This document shows, piece by piece, positions 9,390 to 20,009 of a stretch of 64,000 nucleotides of DNA (position 1 is the first letter of the stretch; every line of letters starts with the position of its first letter). Below the pieces are notes generated by a model. It made no database searches. It was given only the letters and a program-made list of their open reading frames with translations, and had not been told where the DNA came from. Position numbers and translations under genes: made by a program. The stretch lies in the IMG/VR virus record IMGVR_UViG_3300006155_000234; one strand, 5' to 3'. This stretch comes from a virus. Lineage: Duplodnaviria; Heunggongvirae; Uroviricota; Caudoviricetes.

Positions 9390-11589
9390 ATGGCTAATGG
9401 AATAATACAGTTTGTTAAAGACTTGATAAATGATAATGCAAGGAGTACAAAAACAACTTATTCATCTGATAAAATAGAACAGTTAATATCAAGTATAAAT
9501 AATACAGGTGTTGGTACAGAAGTAATATTAGGTTGTTTTAATAGTACAAATGCACCCACAACTTTTGTTCAAGATGACCAATATTATAATATAACAGATG
9601 GTAAGATTTATAAGGCTACATCAAGTACATCTTGGGATAGTGGAAATATACCAAAAGAAGATGTATTATATGCAAGTATTAATGACAATAAAATATATGC
9701 TTATATAAAAGGTGTATGGGATGTCTATGGTGGTACTAATACAAAAATATCTCAAAAAGTAAATAATATATTAAAAGATTTATCAGGACAAACAAATGCA
9801 AATGAAAACGGATTATATGTACCATTATCAAAGAAATCAGGAAATGTAATCGATAATTTAACAGGACAAGCAACTGATGTGAATAATGGTTTGTTTATAG
9901 GTAAATCTGCAAAGACAGATAATGCCTTACAAAAATTAACTGGTAATACAAATCCATCAGAAGATGGTTTATATGTAGAAGATTTAAACCCAAAAATAAA
10001 TAAAATAAATGCTACAACAAAATTAAATGAAGGAAAGACACAAGAATATTTTTATTTAACAGGTAAAGGTAACGGTGAATATTCAGATGTTACTAATCAA
10101 ATTTCTTTATCTAACAGTAATTATGACTTTTTATATCTAATGAGAAATGAGGATTTACAAACATCTATCGATGATACTGCAAGATATGATTTATCTAAAA
10201 ATGGAATAACACCAGCCACTGGTTCATTTGTAACTTTAAAAGCAGGGATAACATATAATATAGAATATAGTATATTGTCATCAAGTCAAGGTTCTTATTC
10301 AATTACAGATGAAAATGGAAAAAGAATAGGAAATAGAGGATATATTGGTGTTAGTAGCTTTGGAGACAGCACAGTATCTGCAATGGCAAAATATGATAAA
10401 GATACAAAGATTTATTTTAGGTATAGAGCAAATACAACACAAAATATATATCCAGGATGTTCTTATATCAAAATAGAAGCAATGGAATATTTAGCAATAG
10501 ACCCATTACAATATATTGATAATACAAATGGTACACAAGATACACCTGTTGGAACTATCATAAATTTAATGGGAAATAATGCTCCTAAACATTATTTGAA
10601 GTGCGATGGTGCAGAATACAATATTGCAGATTATCCATATCTTGCAGAATATTTCAAGGCAGAGTTTGGTAGTATTAATAAATTTGGAGGAGATGGTTCA
10701 ACTACATTTAGAGTACCAGATTTGAAGGGTGAATTTTTAAGAAATACAGGAGTAAATGGACATGCAAATCAAGGTAATGGTTCAACAGTAGGAACACATC
10801 AAGATGCTACAACTTTAGCATATCAATTAACTTATACAGATGGAAAATTATATACTAAAAGGGATGCTGCAGGAAACACAGCAGGACCAGGTAACTCAGA
10901 TTTTATGACAAATGAAAATAATGCTTGGTCATCTCAATTTAATCCTCGGAAGTATGTATAGAGATAATATATCACCTTTTCGATATACAACCAGACCTAC
11001 AAATACATCTGTATTATACTGTATCAAGGCAGAACCTACTTACTTCATAAATGTAATTGGTACTACAATAGAAGATGAACTATTAGATAATCAAATAGAT
11101 GTAAATCTTCCAACAAATGTGGATTTAACTATGATGCTAAATCAAGATATACAATTAAATGATAAGATAACTAATTATGACGAAATAAAAGTTAAAATAG
11201 GTTTAGACACAGGAACAGGTACATCTAATAGAGATATAAAAACAATAGAAACTAATGATATTTCATATACTGCAACAATAGGTAATGATGCCTATACTAT
11301 GGATATGACAGTTGTTGCTGGTAGCGGAATACACACAGCAAATATAATATTCTCATTTAAAGATGATGAAACATTTACAGCAATAAGGTCAGGATATTAT
11401 TGTACTGGAACTAAATCATGGACAGGATTAAAATTATTATCTATAAAAGGAATAAAAACAACTTCTGTTGTTCAAGGTGGAAACTTTGGAGGAAATGGAA
11501 GTTCAAATTCAAATTGTGATTGTGGAATATTAACAACAGCACAGATAACAAAAGCAGTTACAGATACTAAAACAGAGTGGGATAAATAG
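9390..11589 (+). CDS. Tail fibre with tail-collar domain, about 732 aa, read via +1 shift at CGGA 10947
   Basis: PVGTII...HYLKCDG...TTFRVPDLKGEFLR collar motif lies in the first ORF; its usual partner TRPTNTSVLYCIKA lies in the +1 ORF. Confidence 0.8.
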
Positions 11590-11606
11590 AAAGGAGGAAG
11601 TAAATT

Positions 11607-13421
11607 ATGAATTTAAAAGAAGTTAGAGAATATACAGAAAGTTTAATAAAAAGCTATTTTAAACCAAAAGTATTAAAGAAATTTGATGAAGATACTAATG
11701 GAAATCTTACCTATGATGGTAATCCTATGTCTGCAAAAGTATCAGGAAAACCAGAAAATGCAATAGAAGTAATAAATGATATAAACACACCAACAAACGA
11801 TGGACTATTTGTAGAAGATTTAAGACCAGAATTTATAAGAAAAGTAAACATTGCACAAAAGACTATCAATGAAGGTTTAGATTATATTTTATGTTCATTT
11901 GATTTTATAACATTAACATTAAATACAAGAATACCATTTACCAAAGTAGAAGGTAATTTAGAAGTAACCTCCGATACTATTAAATTAAATGAAGGAAGAA
12001 CTTATAAGATAGATATTAAAATTCCAACAATGGCTACTAATGGTACTGATAATATTTATAGAATCTATGATGTAACTAATAATATAGAGATATGTAAGTA
12101 TAATCCAATTACAAGAAATAGTTATGAAAATGGTGATACTTGTGCTTATGTGTACACACCACAAACTGATTGTGAAATATCAATTTTACCTACATTAGTT
12201 ACATCTGGCTCTACCACTAGGGATAATGCTAATATCATAGTAACTGAAATAGGAAGAGTAGCAACAATAGACCCAGTAAATTATATTGATACAACACAGG
12301 GTATTCAAGATGTACCAGTTGGAACTTTAATAAATACAGAAGGACCTCAAAATCCAGAACATTACTTGTTATGTGATGGTACAGAATATAATAAAGAAGA
12401 TTATAGAGATTTAGCAGAAGCAATCAAGAAAGTATATGGAAGATATAACTATTTTGGTGGTGATGGAACAAATACATTTGCAGTTCCAAAATATGTAGAT
12501 ACAAATAAATGGTTTTCACCAAAACAAACAAGCAATTCTAATCCTTATAATGTATCTGCTTCATCTTCTTATAATAGTTGGCAAATCTGGTGGGGATTTA
12601 ATAATAATTGTACTACTTCTGCTAGTAATGCATGGCATTCAGCAGTTGGTTCAACTACAGGACATTGGGTTCAAATTGATTTTAAAGCAATTAAATCTTT
12701 AAGTGGTATTAGTATGGCTCCAAGACCAGAGGGTAACTATAATGTATCAAGAATGCCAAGAGATTTTGATATTATGGGTTCAAATGATGGTACTACTTGG
12801 AATATTATTAAAAGTTATACTGGTATAAATGATTATGAAAATTATAAATATAGAGAATTTATATTTGATAGACCTGAAAAATACAGATATTATAGAATAG
12901 CAAATATTGTAGTTACAGGTGATTGTGTTAATATAGCAGATATTCATTTTTTAGAAGCACCAGAAAAATATATTTATATCAAAGCAACACCTACTTACTT
13001 TATAGGAGGTGTAAATGGATATGAAGAAATAAGAAATCTAACAAACGGATTTATAGATTTAACATTAGGAACTTTAAATTATAGAACAACTTTATTAGAA
13101 TCTATTGAAAACTTTGATAAAGTGGAAGCAACTATTGAAGGAACATGGAAAAATACAGGAACTAAATTAGGACTAAAAACACATTATTTTAATGTGGCAG
13201 ATATTAAAGAAAGATATATCTCAGATGGGAACTGGAAGAATGGAAATCAATTAAATTATATTGACACAATAATTGATAAAGATTTTAATTATATAACTGC
13301 TATATTTATGAATGATAAAATAGTTAATTTAAGTTGTTATGGAGATACAAATAACATTTCAGCTCTTCATATTAGGTTAAGAGGAATAGTAAATCATTAT
13401 AAAGTAAAGAGTACCAATTAA
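11607..13421 (+). CDS. Tail fibre with tail-collar and F5/8 type C (discoidin) domain
   Basis: PVGTLI...HYLLCDG...TFAVP; AWHS...WVQIDF...PRDFDIMGSNDGTTW...YRYYRI; paralogous to the upstream fibre. Confidence 0.75.
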   Translation: MNLKEVREYTESLIKSYFKPKVLKKFDEDTNGNLTYDGNPMSAKVSGKPENAIEVINDINTPTNDGLFVEDLRPEFIRKVNIAQKTINEGLDYILCSFDFITLTLNTRIPFTKVEGNLEVTSDTIKLNEGRTYKIDIKIPTMATNGTDNIYRIYDVTNNIEICKYNPITRNSYENGDTCAYVYTPQTDCEISILPTLVTSGSTTRDNANIIVTEIGRVATIDPVNYIDTTQGIQDVPVGTLINTEGPQNPEHYLLCDGTEYNKEDYRDLAEAIKKVYGRYNYFGGDGTNTFAVPKYVDTNKWFSPKQTSNSNPYNVSASSSYNSWQIWWGFNNNCTTSASNAWHSAVGSTTGHWVQIDFKAIKSLSGISMAPRPEGNYNVSRMPRDFDIMGSNDGTTWNIIKSYTGINDYENYKYREFIFDRPEKYRYYRIANIVVTGDCVNIADIHFLEAPEKYIYIKATPTYFIGGVNGYEEIRNLTNGFIDLTLGTLNYRTTLLESIENFDKVEATIEGTWKNTGTKLGLKTHYFNVADIKERYISDGNWKNGNQLNYIDTIIDKDFNYITAIFMNDKIVNLSCYGDTNNISALHIRLRGIVNHYKVKSTN

Positions 13422-13436
13422 ATAAAATAGGGGTAG

Positions 13437-13471
13437 ACATATAGGGATATTATTTCCCTATATGTTGTTTT
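13437..13471 (+). terminator. Intrinsic terminator after the fibre cluster
   Basis: acatataggga/tccctatatgt stem followed by tgtttt. Confidence 0.6.
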
Positions 13472-13499
13472 ATTATAACAAACTTAAAACTTATGTTTA

Positions 13500-13514
13500 G
13501 TAAAATATTAATGA
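13500..13514 (+). promoter_or_regulatory. Late-promoter motif variant GTAAAATATTAATGA
   Basis: Upstream of 13549. Confidence 0.65.
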
Positions 13515-13548
13515 AGAGATGATATTATAAATTAAGGAGGATTTATGT

Positions 13549-14187
13549 ATGAAAAAGTTTCTTAATATATTCTTAAAATTCTTTCCTATACTTCTAATGG
13601 GTATTATACTCCTAATATCTTCTTATATATTCAGTTTGAATAAAAAACAAACTTATGAGAGAGTAAGAAGCATAAAAGAAAGTCAAGTTCAAATCATTGC
13701 TAGTCAAGTTGATTTAGGAACAAGTTTAAACCCAAATTATACACAAGATAGTGATAATATTAAATTATTAAAAAAGTCTGTTGAAAGTATAAATGAACAG
13801 GCAGGTGTATATTGTTATTTATTTGATAAAGACTGCAATTTAATGTCTGGTTTTAGTAAAACACAGAAACACATAACAGGTGAGGCACTAATAAAAGAAT
13901 TAAAAGATAATAATATAGAAGTGTTATTATCAGAAGAATATCACGGATATATATTAACTAAAACGGAAACAAGGGAAAGATTTACAGTATATTGGCAAGG
14001 ATTACCATCAGGAAATAGAGATTCTTGTGATTTCTTTATAATTCTTGCAGTATCAGAAAATGAAGTACAGGAGAATGAAGCTATAAACTCATGTAAAACA
14101 ATGATAGGTCTACTAACAATCGGATTGAGTATATCTTTATATGCAAATCTTTTTATGAAACCTTATTATAATGAAAGTGATAAATAG
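13549..14187 (+). CDS. Two-TM membrane protein with extracytoplasmic domain (possible lysis regulator)
   Basis: Hydrophobic segments at both termini; adjacent to the holin. Confidence 0.55.
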   Translation: MKKFLNIFLKFFPILLMGIILLISSYIFSLNKKQTYERVRSIKESQVQIIASQVDLGTSLNPNYTQDSDNIKLLKKSVESINEQAGVYCYLFDKDCNLMSGFSKTQKHITGEALIKELKDNNIEVLLSEEYHGYILTKTETRERFTVYWQGLPSGNRDSCDFFIILAVSENEVQENEAINSCKTMIGLLTIGLSISLYANLFMKPYYNESDK

Positions 14188-14220
14188 CAAAAGAAATTTA
14201 TTTTAGGAGGTTTTTATGTA

Positions 14221-14577
14221 ATGAACAATGGAATACAATGGTCAGACTTAATATTCAATTTATCTATTTCATTTTTTGGTGGTTTAATAAAAAGTATAAC
14301 TATTAAAGTAAAGCAAAAAACATGGACCTACTTTTTTGCATCAGCAGTTGTAGGGGGATTTGCTGGTTTACTTACTTATATGTTATGTAATAGTTTCAAT
14401 CTAAGTTGGCAAATGACAAGTTTTGCTACAGGTGTTGCAGGTTACATGGGAGACTCCATATTAAAAGTATTTAGTGAAATATTACCAAACTTTCTATCTG
14501 GTAAATTTAATATACAAATAAGTAATGTTGAAAATAAAGAAAAAGATAATAAGGAAATTAAAGATGATAAAAAATAA
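14221..14577 (+). CDS. Holin (LydA-like family)
   Basis: Three hydrophobic helices, VGGFAGLL...GVAGYMG motif, highly charged C-terminal tail. Confidence 0.7.
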   Translation: MNNGIQWSDLIFNLSISFFGGLIKSITIKVKQKTWTYFFASAVVGGFAGLLTYMLCNSFNLSWQMTSFATGVAGYMGDSILKVFSEILPNFLSGKFNIQISNVENKEKDNKEIKDDKK

Positions 14578-14638
14578 TAAATAAAAGAAACTCTATTTAG
14601 AAATAATAGGGTTTCTTTTTAGTTTACTTAAATAATAT

Positions 14639-14655
14639 GTAAAATATTAATGAGG
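14639..14655 (+). promoter_or_regulatory. Late-promoter motif
   Basis: Exact GTAAAATATTAATGAGG after a terminator hairpin at about 14583-14620. Confidence 0.7.
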
Positions 14656-14696
14656 GAAACTTACATAAATATATTAACATCTATAAGGAGGTTATA

Positions 14697-14978
14697 ATGA
14701 GAACTAAATATGATTTAAAAACAGTTGCAAATCAAATAGCAGAATTATCTGGTGGTATAATAAGAAATCAAAAGAAATTTGAAGGTTCAATAGATGAATA
14801 TTTTATATCAGAAGTAACAGAAGAAATGCTAATAGATGAATTAGGATTTGAATTTAAAGGTTATACAAGTTATGGTGTTGCACCTTATTACGAAAAAGGA
14901 AATATTATGTGTTATTTTGATGACGTTGTATTGCATGTTATGGAAATTACTTATTCTGTATTTGAAAGTATAGAATAG
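14697..14978 (+). CDS. Hypothetical protein
   Basis: 93 aa with AAGGAGG RBS. Confidence 0.6.
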   Translation: MRTKYDLKTVANQIAELSGGIIRNQKKFEGSIDEYFISEVTEEMLIDELGFEFKGYTSYGVAPYYEKGNIMCYFDDVVLHVMEITYSVFESIE

Positions 14979-15037
14979 ATTAATATAAAATAGTACAAGA
15001 CAAGTTTTCAATTTAGTCAAGTTCTAAAATAAGTATA

Positions 15038-15054
15038 GTAAAATATTAATGAGG
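15038..15054 (+). promoter_or_regulatory. Late-promoter motif for the head operon
   Basis: Exact motif upstream of the protease gene. Confidence 0.75.
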
Positions 15055-15122
15055 CAGGAAGAAATGATTGTTTTTCTTCTTATTCTCATACATGTATTTG
15101 AATAGAATAGAGAGGTAATGAT

Positions 15123-16646
15123 ATGGGAAAATCAATGATAATTGAAGCTCAAGATTCTTCTCTTGTATATGAAGAAGGACAAAAAGGTGTTCTTGGAAAA
15201 TTATCTGGAGTCTTTGCAGACTTCCACACTGGAACTAGAAATGGTGACAGATTATACAATGAGGAACTTTGGGATAAAAGAGTTTTTGGAAATGAAGATG
15301 TAATGGAAGCATTAGAAACTAGAACTTTATTTGGGGAACTAGACCACCCAGAAGGAGATAGATGTGAAACAGAAGCTAAGAATGCTGCAGTATCTATAAT
15401 CAAATTAGAAAAAGATGCTGAACAAGGTGTAGTAAAAGGTGATGCATTAATTCTTGATACACCATCTGGAAGAACTTTAAAGGCACTTGTAGACAGTGGA
15501 GCACAAATGGGTATTTCAAGTAGAGGTATAGGTGAGGAAATCATATCTGAAGGTCAAACAATAATAGACCCAGATACATACGATTTCATTACATTTGATA
15601 TAGTTGTTACACCTGCTAATAAAGGAGCTAGACTTTCTTTAGTAGAAGGTAGACAAAGAGATACTAAATTATATAAAAGCTTAGAAAAAGAAATTAATGA
15701 ATGTATAAGTTTAAATCAATTAGACCAATTAAGTAAGGTTGTTGAATCAGCAATACCAGTTGGAAAAGCAAAATTGAAGAAACTTATTGAAAATAAGATA
15801 ACTACACTTACGTCTGATGAAGATATTACAGACACTAAAAGTGAAGATATAAATAATGGTAATAAAGATATTATACCTAATAAGGTTCAGGAAGGAAAAT
15901 CTAAAATACCTGTTGAAAAACAGTTAAAGATTAAACTAAATGAACAAAAACTTGTATCTAAAGAATTACAAGTATCATCAACTAATCTTATGAATGAGAA
16001 TAAATCATTAGTAGAAAAAGTTGATAAACTAAAGAAATCTAATAAATTGTTACAAGCAAAATTAATTGAAAGCAGAAAAACAGAGAAAAAAAGTAATTTA
16101 TCTTATAATAAATTAAATGAAAACAATCAAGAAATTGTTAGAAAATTGAAAAAGATAAATGAAAATAAAATTAAAAACCTTGATGAAACATACAAGGACA
16201 AAATTAAATCTTTGGAAGAAAACTTAAAAATTAATGAATCTAAAAGTACAAAGTTATTAGAGGCAAACAAAACTTTAAGTAAGGAGCTTTTAAATTCTAA
16301 ATCTAAATTAGAAGAAGCAAATAATAAACTTAAAGAAAATGCTCAGTTAGAGCAAAAAGTTAAATTGTTAGAAACAAAATTAAAAAATACTGAACAAGCA
16401 AATAAAACCAAATTAGAAGAAAGTAAAAAACTTCAAAATAAAGAGGTTGAAAATTTAAGAAATCAATTAAATCAAGCAAATACTCAAATTTCAAAATTAA
16501 CAGAAGCAAATACTAGGATAAGCAAATTACCTTTTAATGTTACAAGGGCTAATTTAAAATATGAGAGTATGGATACTGGTTTAACAATGAATGCTGAGGA
16601 ACAAGCTTTATTTAATGCAATGGTTGGAATGAATCATAAGAAATAA
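15123..16646 (+). CDS. Prohead core protease (T4 gp21-like) fused to a coiled-coil scaffold-like region
   Basis: RNGDRLY, GELDHP, LILDTPSG, GISSRGIG and TFDIVVTPA motifs; K/E-rich coiled-coil C-terminal half. Confidence 0.9.
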   Translation: MGKSMIIEAQDSSLVYEEGQKGVLGKLSGVFADFHTGTRNGDRLYNEELWDKRVFGNEDVMEALETRTLFGELDHPEGDRCETEAKNAAVSIIKLEKDAEQGVVKGDALILDTPSGRTLKALVDSGAQMGISSRGIGEEIISEGQTIIDPDTYDFITFDIVVTPANKGARLSLVEGRQRDTKLYKSLEKEINECISLNQLDQLSKVVESAIPVGKAKLKKLIENKITTLTSDEDITDTKSEDINNGNKDIIPNKVQEGKSKIPVEKQLKIKLNEQKLVSKELQVSSTNLMNENKSLVEKVDKLKKSNKLLQAKLIESRKTEKKSNLSYNKLNENNQEIVRKLKKINENKIKNLDETYKDKIKSLEENLKINESKSTKLLEANKTLSKELLNSKSKLEEANNKLKENAQLEQKVKLLETKLKNTEQANKTKLEESKKLQNKEVENLRNQLNQANTQISKLTEANTRISKLPFNVTRANLKYESMDTGLTMNAEEQALFNAMVGMNHKK

Positions 16647-16675
16647 TAATAAATATTTGAAAGGGGTTTTTCGAA

Positions 16676-18058
16676 ATGACAGGAAAAGCATTAGTAGAAG
16701 CACAATCAAAATCAACAGTTGCTTCAAAATTTGAAAGTAGAATTAAATTAATCGAATCTGCCAGAGCAGCAGCTGGAAGACCAGCAATGAACGATTATGA
16801 AAAAAATTATGTAGGACAATTATTTGAAAATGTTAGAAAAGGTAACCTATATAAAGAAGGATACACACAAGTATCAAATGTTGCAGGAATAAGAAAAGAC
16901 TTATTTAATATGACAACATTAGCAGTACAAAACAGAGTATTACCAGAAGTAGTTTCTGTTCAAGCTATGTCAAGTGCATTACAATACTTACCAATCCTAG
17001 AATTTAAAGCAGGAGAAGATAAAGGTCAAGTTAAAAAGGGAGATGTATTCAATAGTGGTGCAGGATATCAAGATGTTGCAGATTCTCTATATGACAGTAG
17101 ATATATTGTAAATGAAACTTTAGCACCAGTAGGACAAGCTGCAGGTGATGTTGATATAGTAATTTCAAGATTACCATTAGATGCTGGAACAATTAAAATT
17201 ACAAGTGGTGCTTTAACAGCAACAGATGATGGTGCTGGAAATATTACAGGTGACTTTACAGGTACTATTGATTATATAACAGGTACAGGTAAAATTACAT
17301 TAGCAACAGCTGCTACAGAAGATATTAAAATTTCTTACTCTTATGCAAATGAAGAAATAAGAAATGGAGATAAAGGACCTGCTAAAGTTACAATAGGAAT
17401 TACACCTATTGAAATGAGAGCAGAAGAACATCAATTACAAGCTGTATATGCTTTATCAGCTGCTTACAGACTTGACAAAGAATTTGGTGTATCTATGCCA
17501 TTAGTATTTGAACAACAAGTTGCTAATGAAATGAACAAAGAACAAGAAAGATTAGTATTTGCTGATATGTTTAACCATGCAGAAGGTGGAGCTGCAGTAG
17601 TATGGAGCTCAACACCAAGACCAGGTGTATCAGACAAAGACCATATTGATAGTTTACCAATAGCTATTGGTTTAGCTGCAAACAAAATCTACCAAGCAAC
17701 AGGTGGAAATTTAGGAGCATCTTTCATCCTTGCTGGTTCTAATGCAGGTGCTTACTTTGCTAGAACAACTGGATTTAATGCAGAAAATATGCCATTAAAT
17801 GGTGGAAGCTTCTATTTAGGAAAAATGGGTAACCTAGATGTATTCCAAGTACCAAGCTTAGCTCCAAATGACTTTCTAATTGGTGCAAAAGGAAATGAAT
17901 ACTACAATGCTGGATATGTTGTTGGTGATTATATGCCTATTACCTACACAGCCCCAGTATCACTTGCAGATTTGTCTACTCAACAAGGATGGTTAAGTAT
18001 TTATGCAAACAAAATGGTAAATACAAAACTATATGTAAGAGGAAGGATTACTGTTTAA
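16676..18058 (+). CDS. Major capsid protein (T4 gp23-like)
   Basis: VVSVQAMS, YMPI, IYANKMVN..YVRGRI patterns; follows the protease; 460 aa. Confidence 0.85.
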   Translation: MTGKALVEAQSKSTVASKFESRIKLIESARAAAGRPAMNDYEKNYVGQLFENVRKGNLYKEGYTQVSNVAGIRKDLFNMTTLAVQNRVLPEVVSVQAMSSALQYLPILEFKAGEDKGQVKKGDVFNSGAGYQDVADSLYDSRYIVNETLAPVGQAAGDVDIVISRLPLDAGTIKITSGALTATDDGAGNITGDFTGTIDYITGTGKITLATAATEDIKISYSYANEEIRNGDKGPAKVTIGITPIEMRAEEHQLQAVYALSAAYRLDKEFGVSMPLVFEQQVANEMNKEQERLVFADMFNHAEGGAAVVWSSTPRPGVSDKDHIDSLPIAIGLAANKIYQATGGNLGASFILAGSNAGAYFARTTGFNAENMPLNGGSFYLGKMGNLDVFQVPSLAPNDFLIGAKGNEYYNAGYVVGDYMPITYTAPVSLADLSTQQGWLSIYANKMVNTKLYVRGRITV

Positions 18059-18080
18059 TTTGTAAGAATGAAATAAAAAT

Positions 18081-18110
18081 AAAGAGATATGAGAAATCAT
18101 ATCTCTTTTT
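18081..18110 (+). terminator. Intrinsic terminator after the capsid gene
   Basis: aaagagatatga-gaaa-tcatatctcttttt. Confidence 0.85.
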
Positions 18111-18166
18111 GTATATAACATATATTGCACCTGTGAAACCTACTGACTACATTGGTTATATATCTA

Positions 18167-18195
18167 TTGACAAAAGAAAATAATTATGGTATATT
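18167..18195 (+). promoter_or_regulatory. SigmaA-type promoter
   Basis: TTGACA-17-TATATT with extended TG. Confidence 0.65.
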
Positions 18196-18215
18196 ATATT
18201 TAGGAGGTAGATATT

Positions 18216-19922
18216 ATGCCAAAAATAGTGAATTTAGATTTAAACAAAATTAAAGAGTTATGGGAAACAACATCATTATCTCAAGGAGACATTGCAAAAG
18301 AAGTAAATACTTCAATAGATACTGTTAGAAGAAGGATAAAATCAAATAACTGGATACGACCTAACAATTTAATTGAAGAAGAAAAGAATAATAGAATTAA
18401 TAAAATTATGAGTACAAAAGTGGAAAAAGGTTTGACAGATGCCCATGATGATAACGAAGAAGAAACATTTAAAGATTTGTATTACAATACTAATTTAAGT
18501 AAACCCCAGATAGCAGAAAAGATGGGTGTAAGATTATCAAGAGTTAAACATCTTATAGAAAAATTGGATGTAAAAAGAACAGAAGAGCATATAAAGAAGG
18601 TTAAACAAGAAGTAAATAAAGAATTATTTAAAGATGGTTATAATTTTGAAAAGAAAGAGATACAAGAAAAAGTAAAGCAAACCAAATTAGAACAATATGG
18701 GAATAGAAATCCTTTTGTAACAAGTAGATTTAAAGAACAAGCAATGAATACTAAAGAAGAAAGATATGGTAATGCTTATTATAATAACAGAGAACAATCT
18801 ATTAAAACTTGTATTGAGAAATATGGGTTACAAAATACAATGCAAGTAGATTTTGTTAAGGATAAGGCAAGAGCTACTAGAATGGCACATATAGATGAAA
18901 TATCATTGAATATAAGTAATGCCAAATTGAAAATGTTTAGTAATCCTGAAAATAAAAAGAAAATGCTTGATAGAGTGGCTAAAACTTGCTTAGAGAAGTA
19001 TGGTGTATCTTCATATATACTATCAGATGATATTAAAGTACAAACACAAAGAATATCTAAAACTAATAAATTATTTGCAGAGAAATCAGGCATAACTGAA
19101 TTTGAATTTAATATAAATGAGTATAGCTATGATTTGAAAAAAGATAATATACTTATTGAAATAGACCCTACAATATCTCACAATACAGAAATATCTTATG
19201 TACATTTAACAAAAATGTGTAAAAAAGAAAATTGTAGTGAACATAAACCAGTAGAACCATATTATCATATAAATAAATCAAATATGGCATTGAATAATGG
19301 TTATCATTGCATACATATATTTGATTGGGATAGATGGGATAAAATTATATATATGATACAAGATAAAGAAACACTATATGCTAGAAATCTTACAATAAAA
19401 GAAGTTTCTAAAGATGAATGTAATTCTTTCTTAAATGAGTTCCATCTACAAAATAGCTGTCAAGGACAAACAATTAAACTGGGTTTATATAAAGATAATC
19501 AGTTAATTCAAATTATGACATTTGGAAAACCTAGATATAATAAAAATTGTGAATATGAGTTATTAAGATTATGTACACATAAAGATTATAAAGTTGTAGG
19601 AGGAGCAGAAAGATTATTTAAGTATTTCTTAAATACTTATAATCCAAATTCAATAGTATCATATTGTGATTTAAGTAAGTTTACAGGAAAAGTATATACA
19701 GATTTAGGTTTTAAACTAAACTCCAAACCAAGACCATCTAAACATTGGAGTAAAGGTAAAATGCACATAACTGATAATTTTTTAAGACAAAGAGGATATG
19801 ACCAAATATTTAATACTAATTATGGTAAAGGAACAGACAATGAACTATTAATGATACAAAATGGATGGCTACCTGTATATGATTGTGGACAAGCAACTTA
19901 TATTTGGAATAAAGAAGTATAA
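18216..19922 (+). CDS. Hef-like homing-endonuclease-related protein (HTH, TCxEKYG repeats, nuclease-like and GNAT-like domains)
   Basis: KTCIEKYG/KTCLEKYG repeats; YDL..DNILIEID..H; CIHIFDWD; LLRLCT...VVGGAERLFKYF; YDCGQ. Has its own promoter and terminator. Confidence 0.7.
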   Translation: MPKIVNLDLNKIKELWETTSLSQGDIAKEVNTSIDTVRRRIKSNNWIRPNNLIEEEKNNRINKIMSTKVEKGLTDAHDDNEEETFKDLYYNTNLSKPQIAEKMGVRLSRVKHLIEKLDVKRTEEHIKKVKQEVNKELFKDGYNFEKKEIQEKVKQTKLEQYGNRNPFVTSRFKEQAMNTKEERYGNAYYNNREQSIKTCIEKYGLQNTMQVDFVKDKARATRMAHIDEISLNISNAKLKMFSNPENKKKMLDRVAKTCLEKYGVSSYILSDDIKVQTQRISKTNKLFAEKSGITEFEFNINEYSYDLKKDNILIEIDPTISHNTEISYVHLTKMCKKENCSEHKPVEPYYHINKSNMALNNGYHCIHIFDWDRWDKIIYMIQDKETLYARNLTIKEVSKDECNSFLNEFHLQNSCQGQTIKLGLYKDNQLIQIMTFGKPRYNKNCEYELLRLCTHKDYKVVGGAERLFKYFLNTYNPNSIVSYCDLSKFTGKVYTDLGFKLNSKPRPSKHWSKGKMHITDNFLRQRGYDQIFNTNYGKGTDNELLMIQNGWLPVYDCGQATYIWNKEV

Positions 19923-19950
19923 TATTATACTTCTTTTTATTTAAAAACTC

Positions 19951-19979
19951 TTGACATATTTTAAAACTTATGATAATAT
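19951..19979 (+). promoter_or_regulatory. Early promoter with conserved spacer
   Basis: TTGACA-tattttaaaacttatga-TAATAT. Confidence 0.65.
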
Positions 19980-20009
19980 ATAAGCATAGTAAACAAAGGA
20001 GTGATTATT

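Noticed and set aside
7606-11589. Calling the split fibre genes pseudogenes
   Set aside because: All breaks are the same single C before a Gly codon, with no other lesions, and the same pattern occurs in a core baseplate gene.
1-13421. Diversity-generating retroelement or invertase shufflon acting on the fibres
   Set aside because: I saw no reverse transcriptase, recombinase, adenine-specific TR/VR pair or flanking inverted sites in the window.
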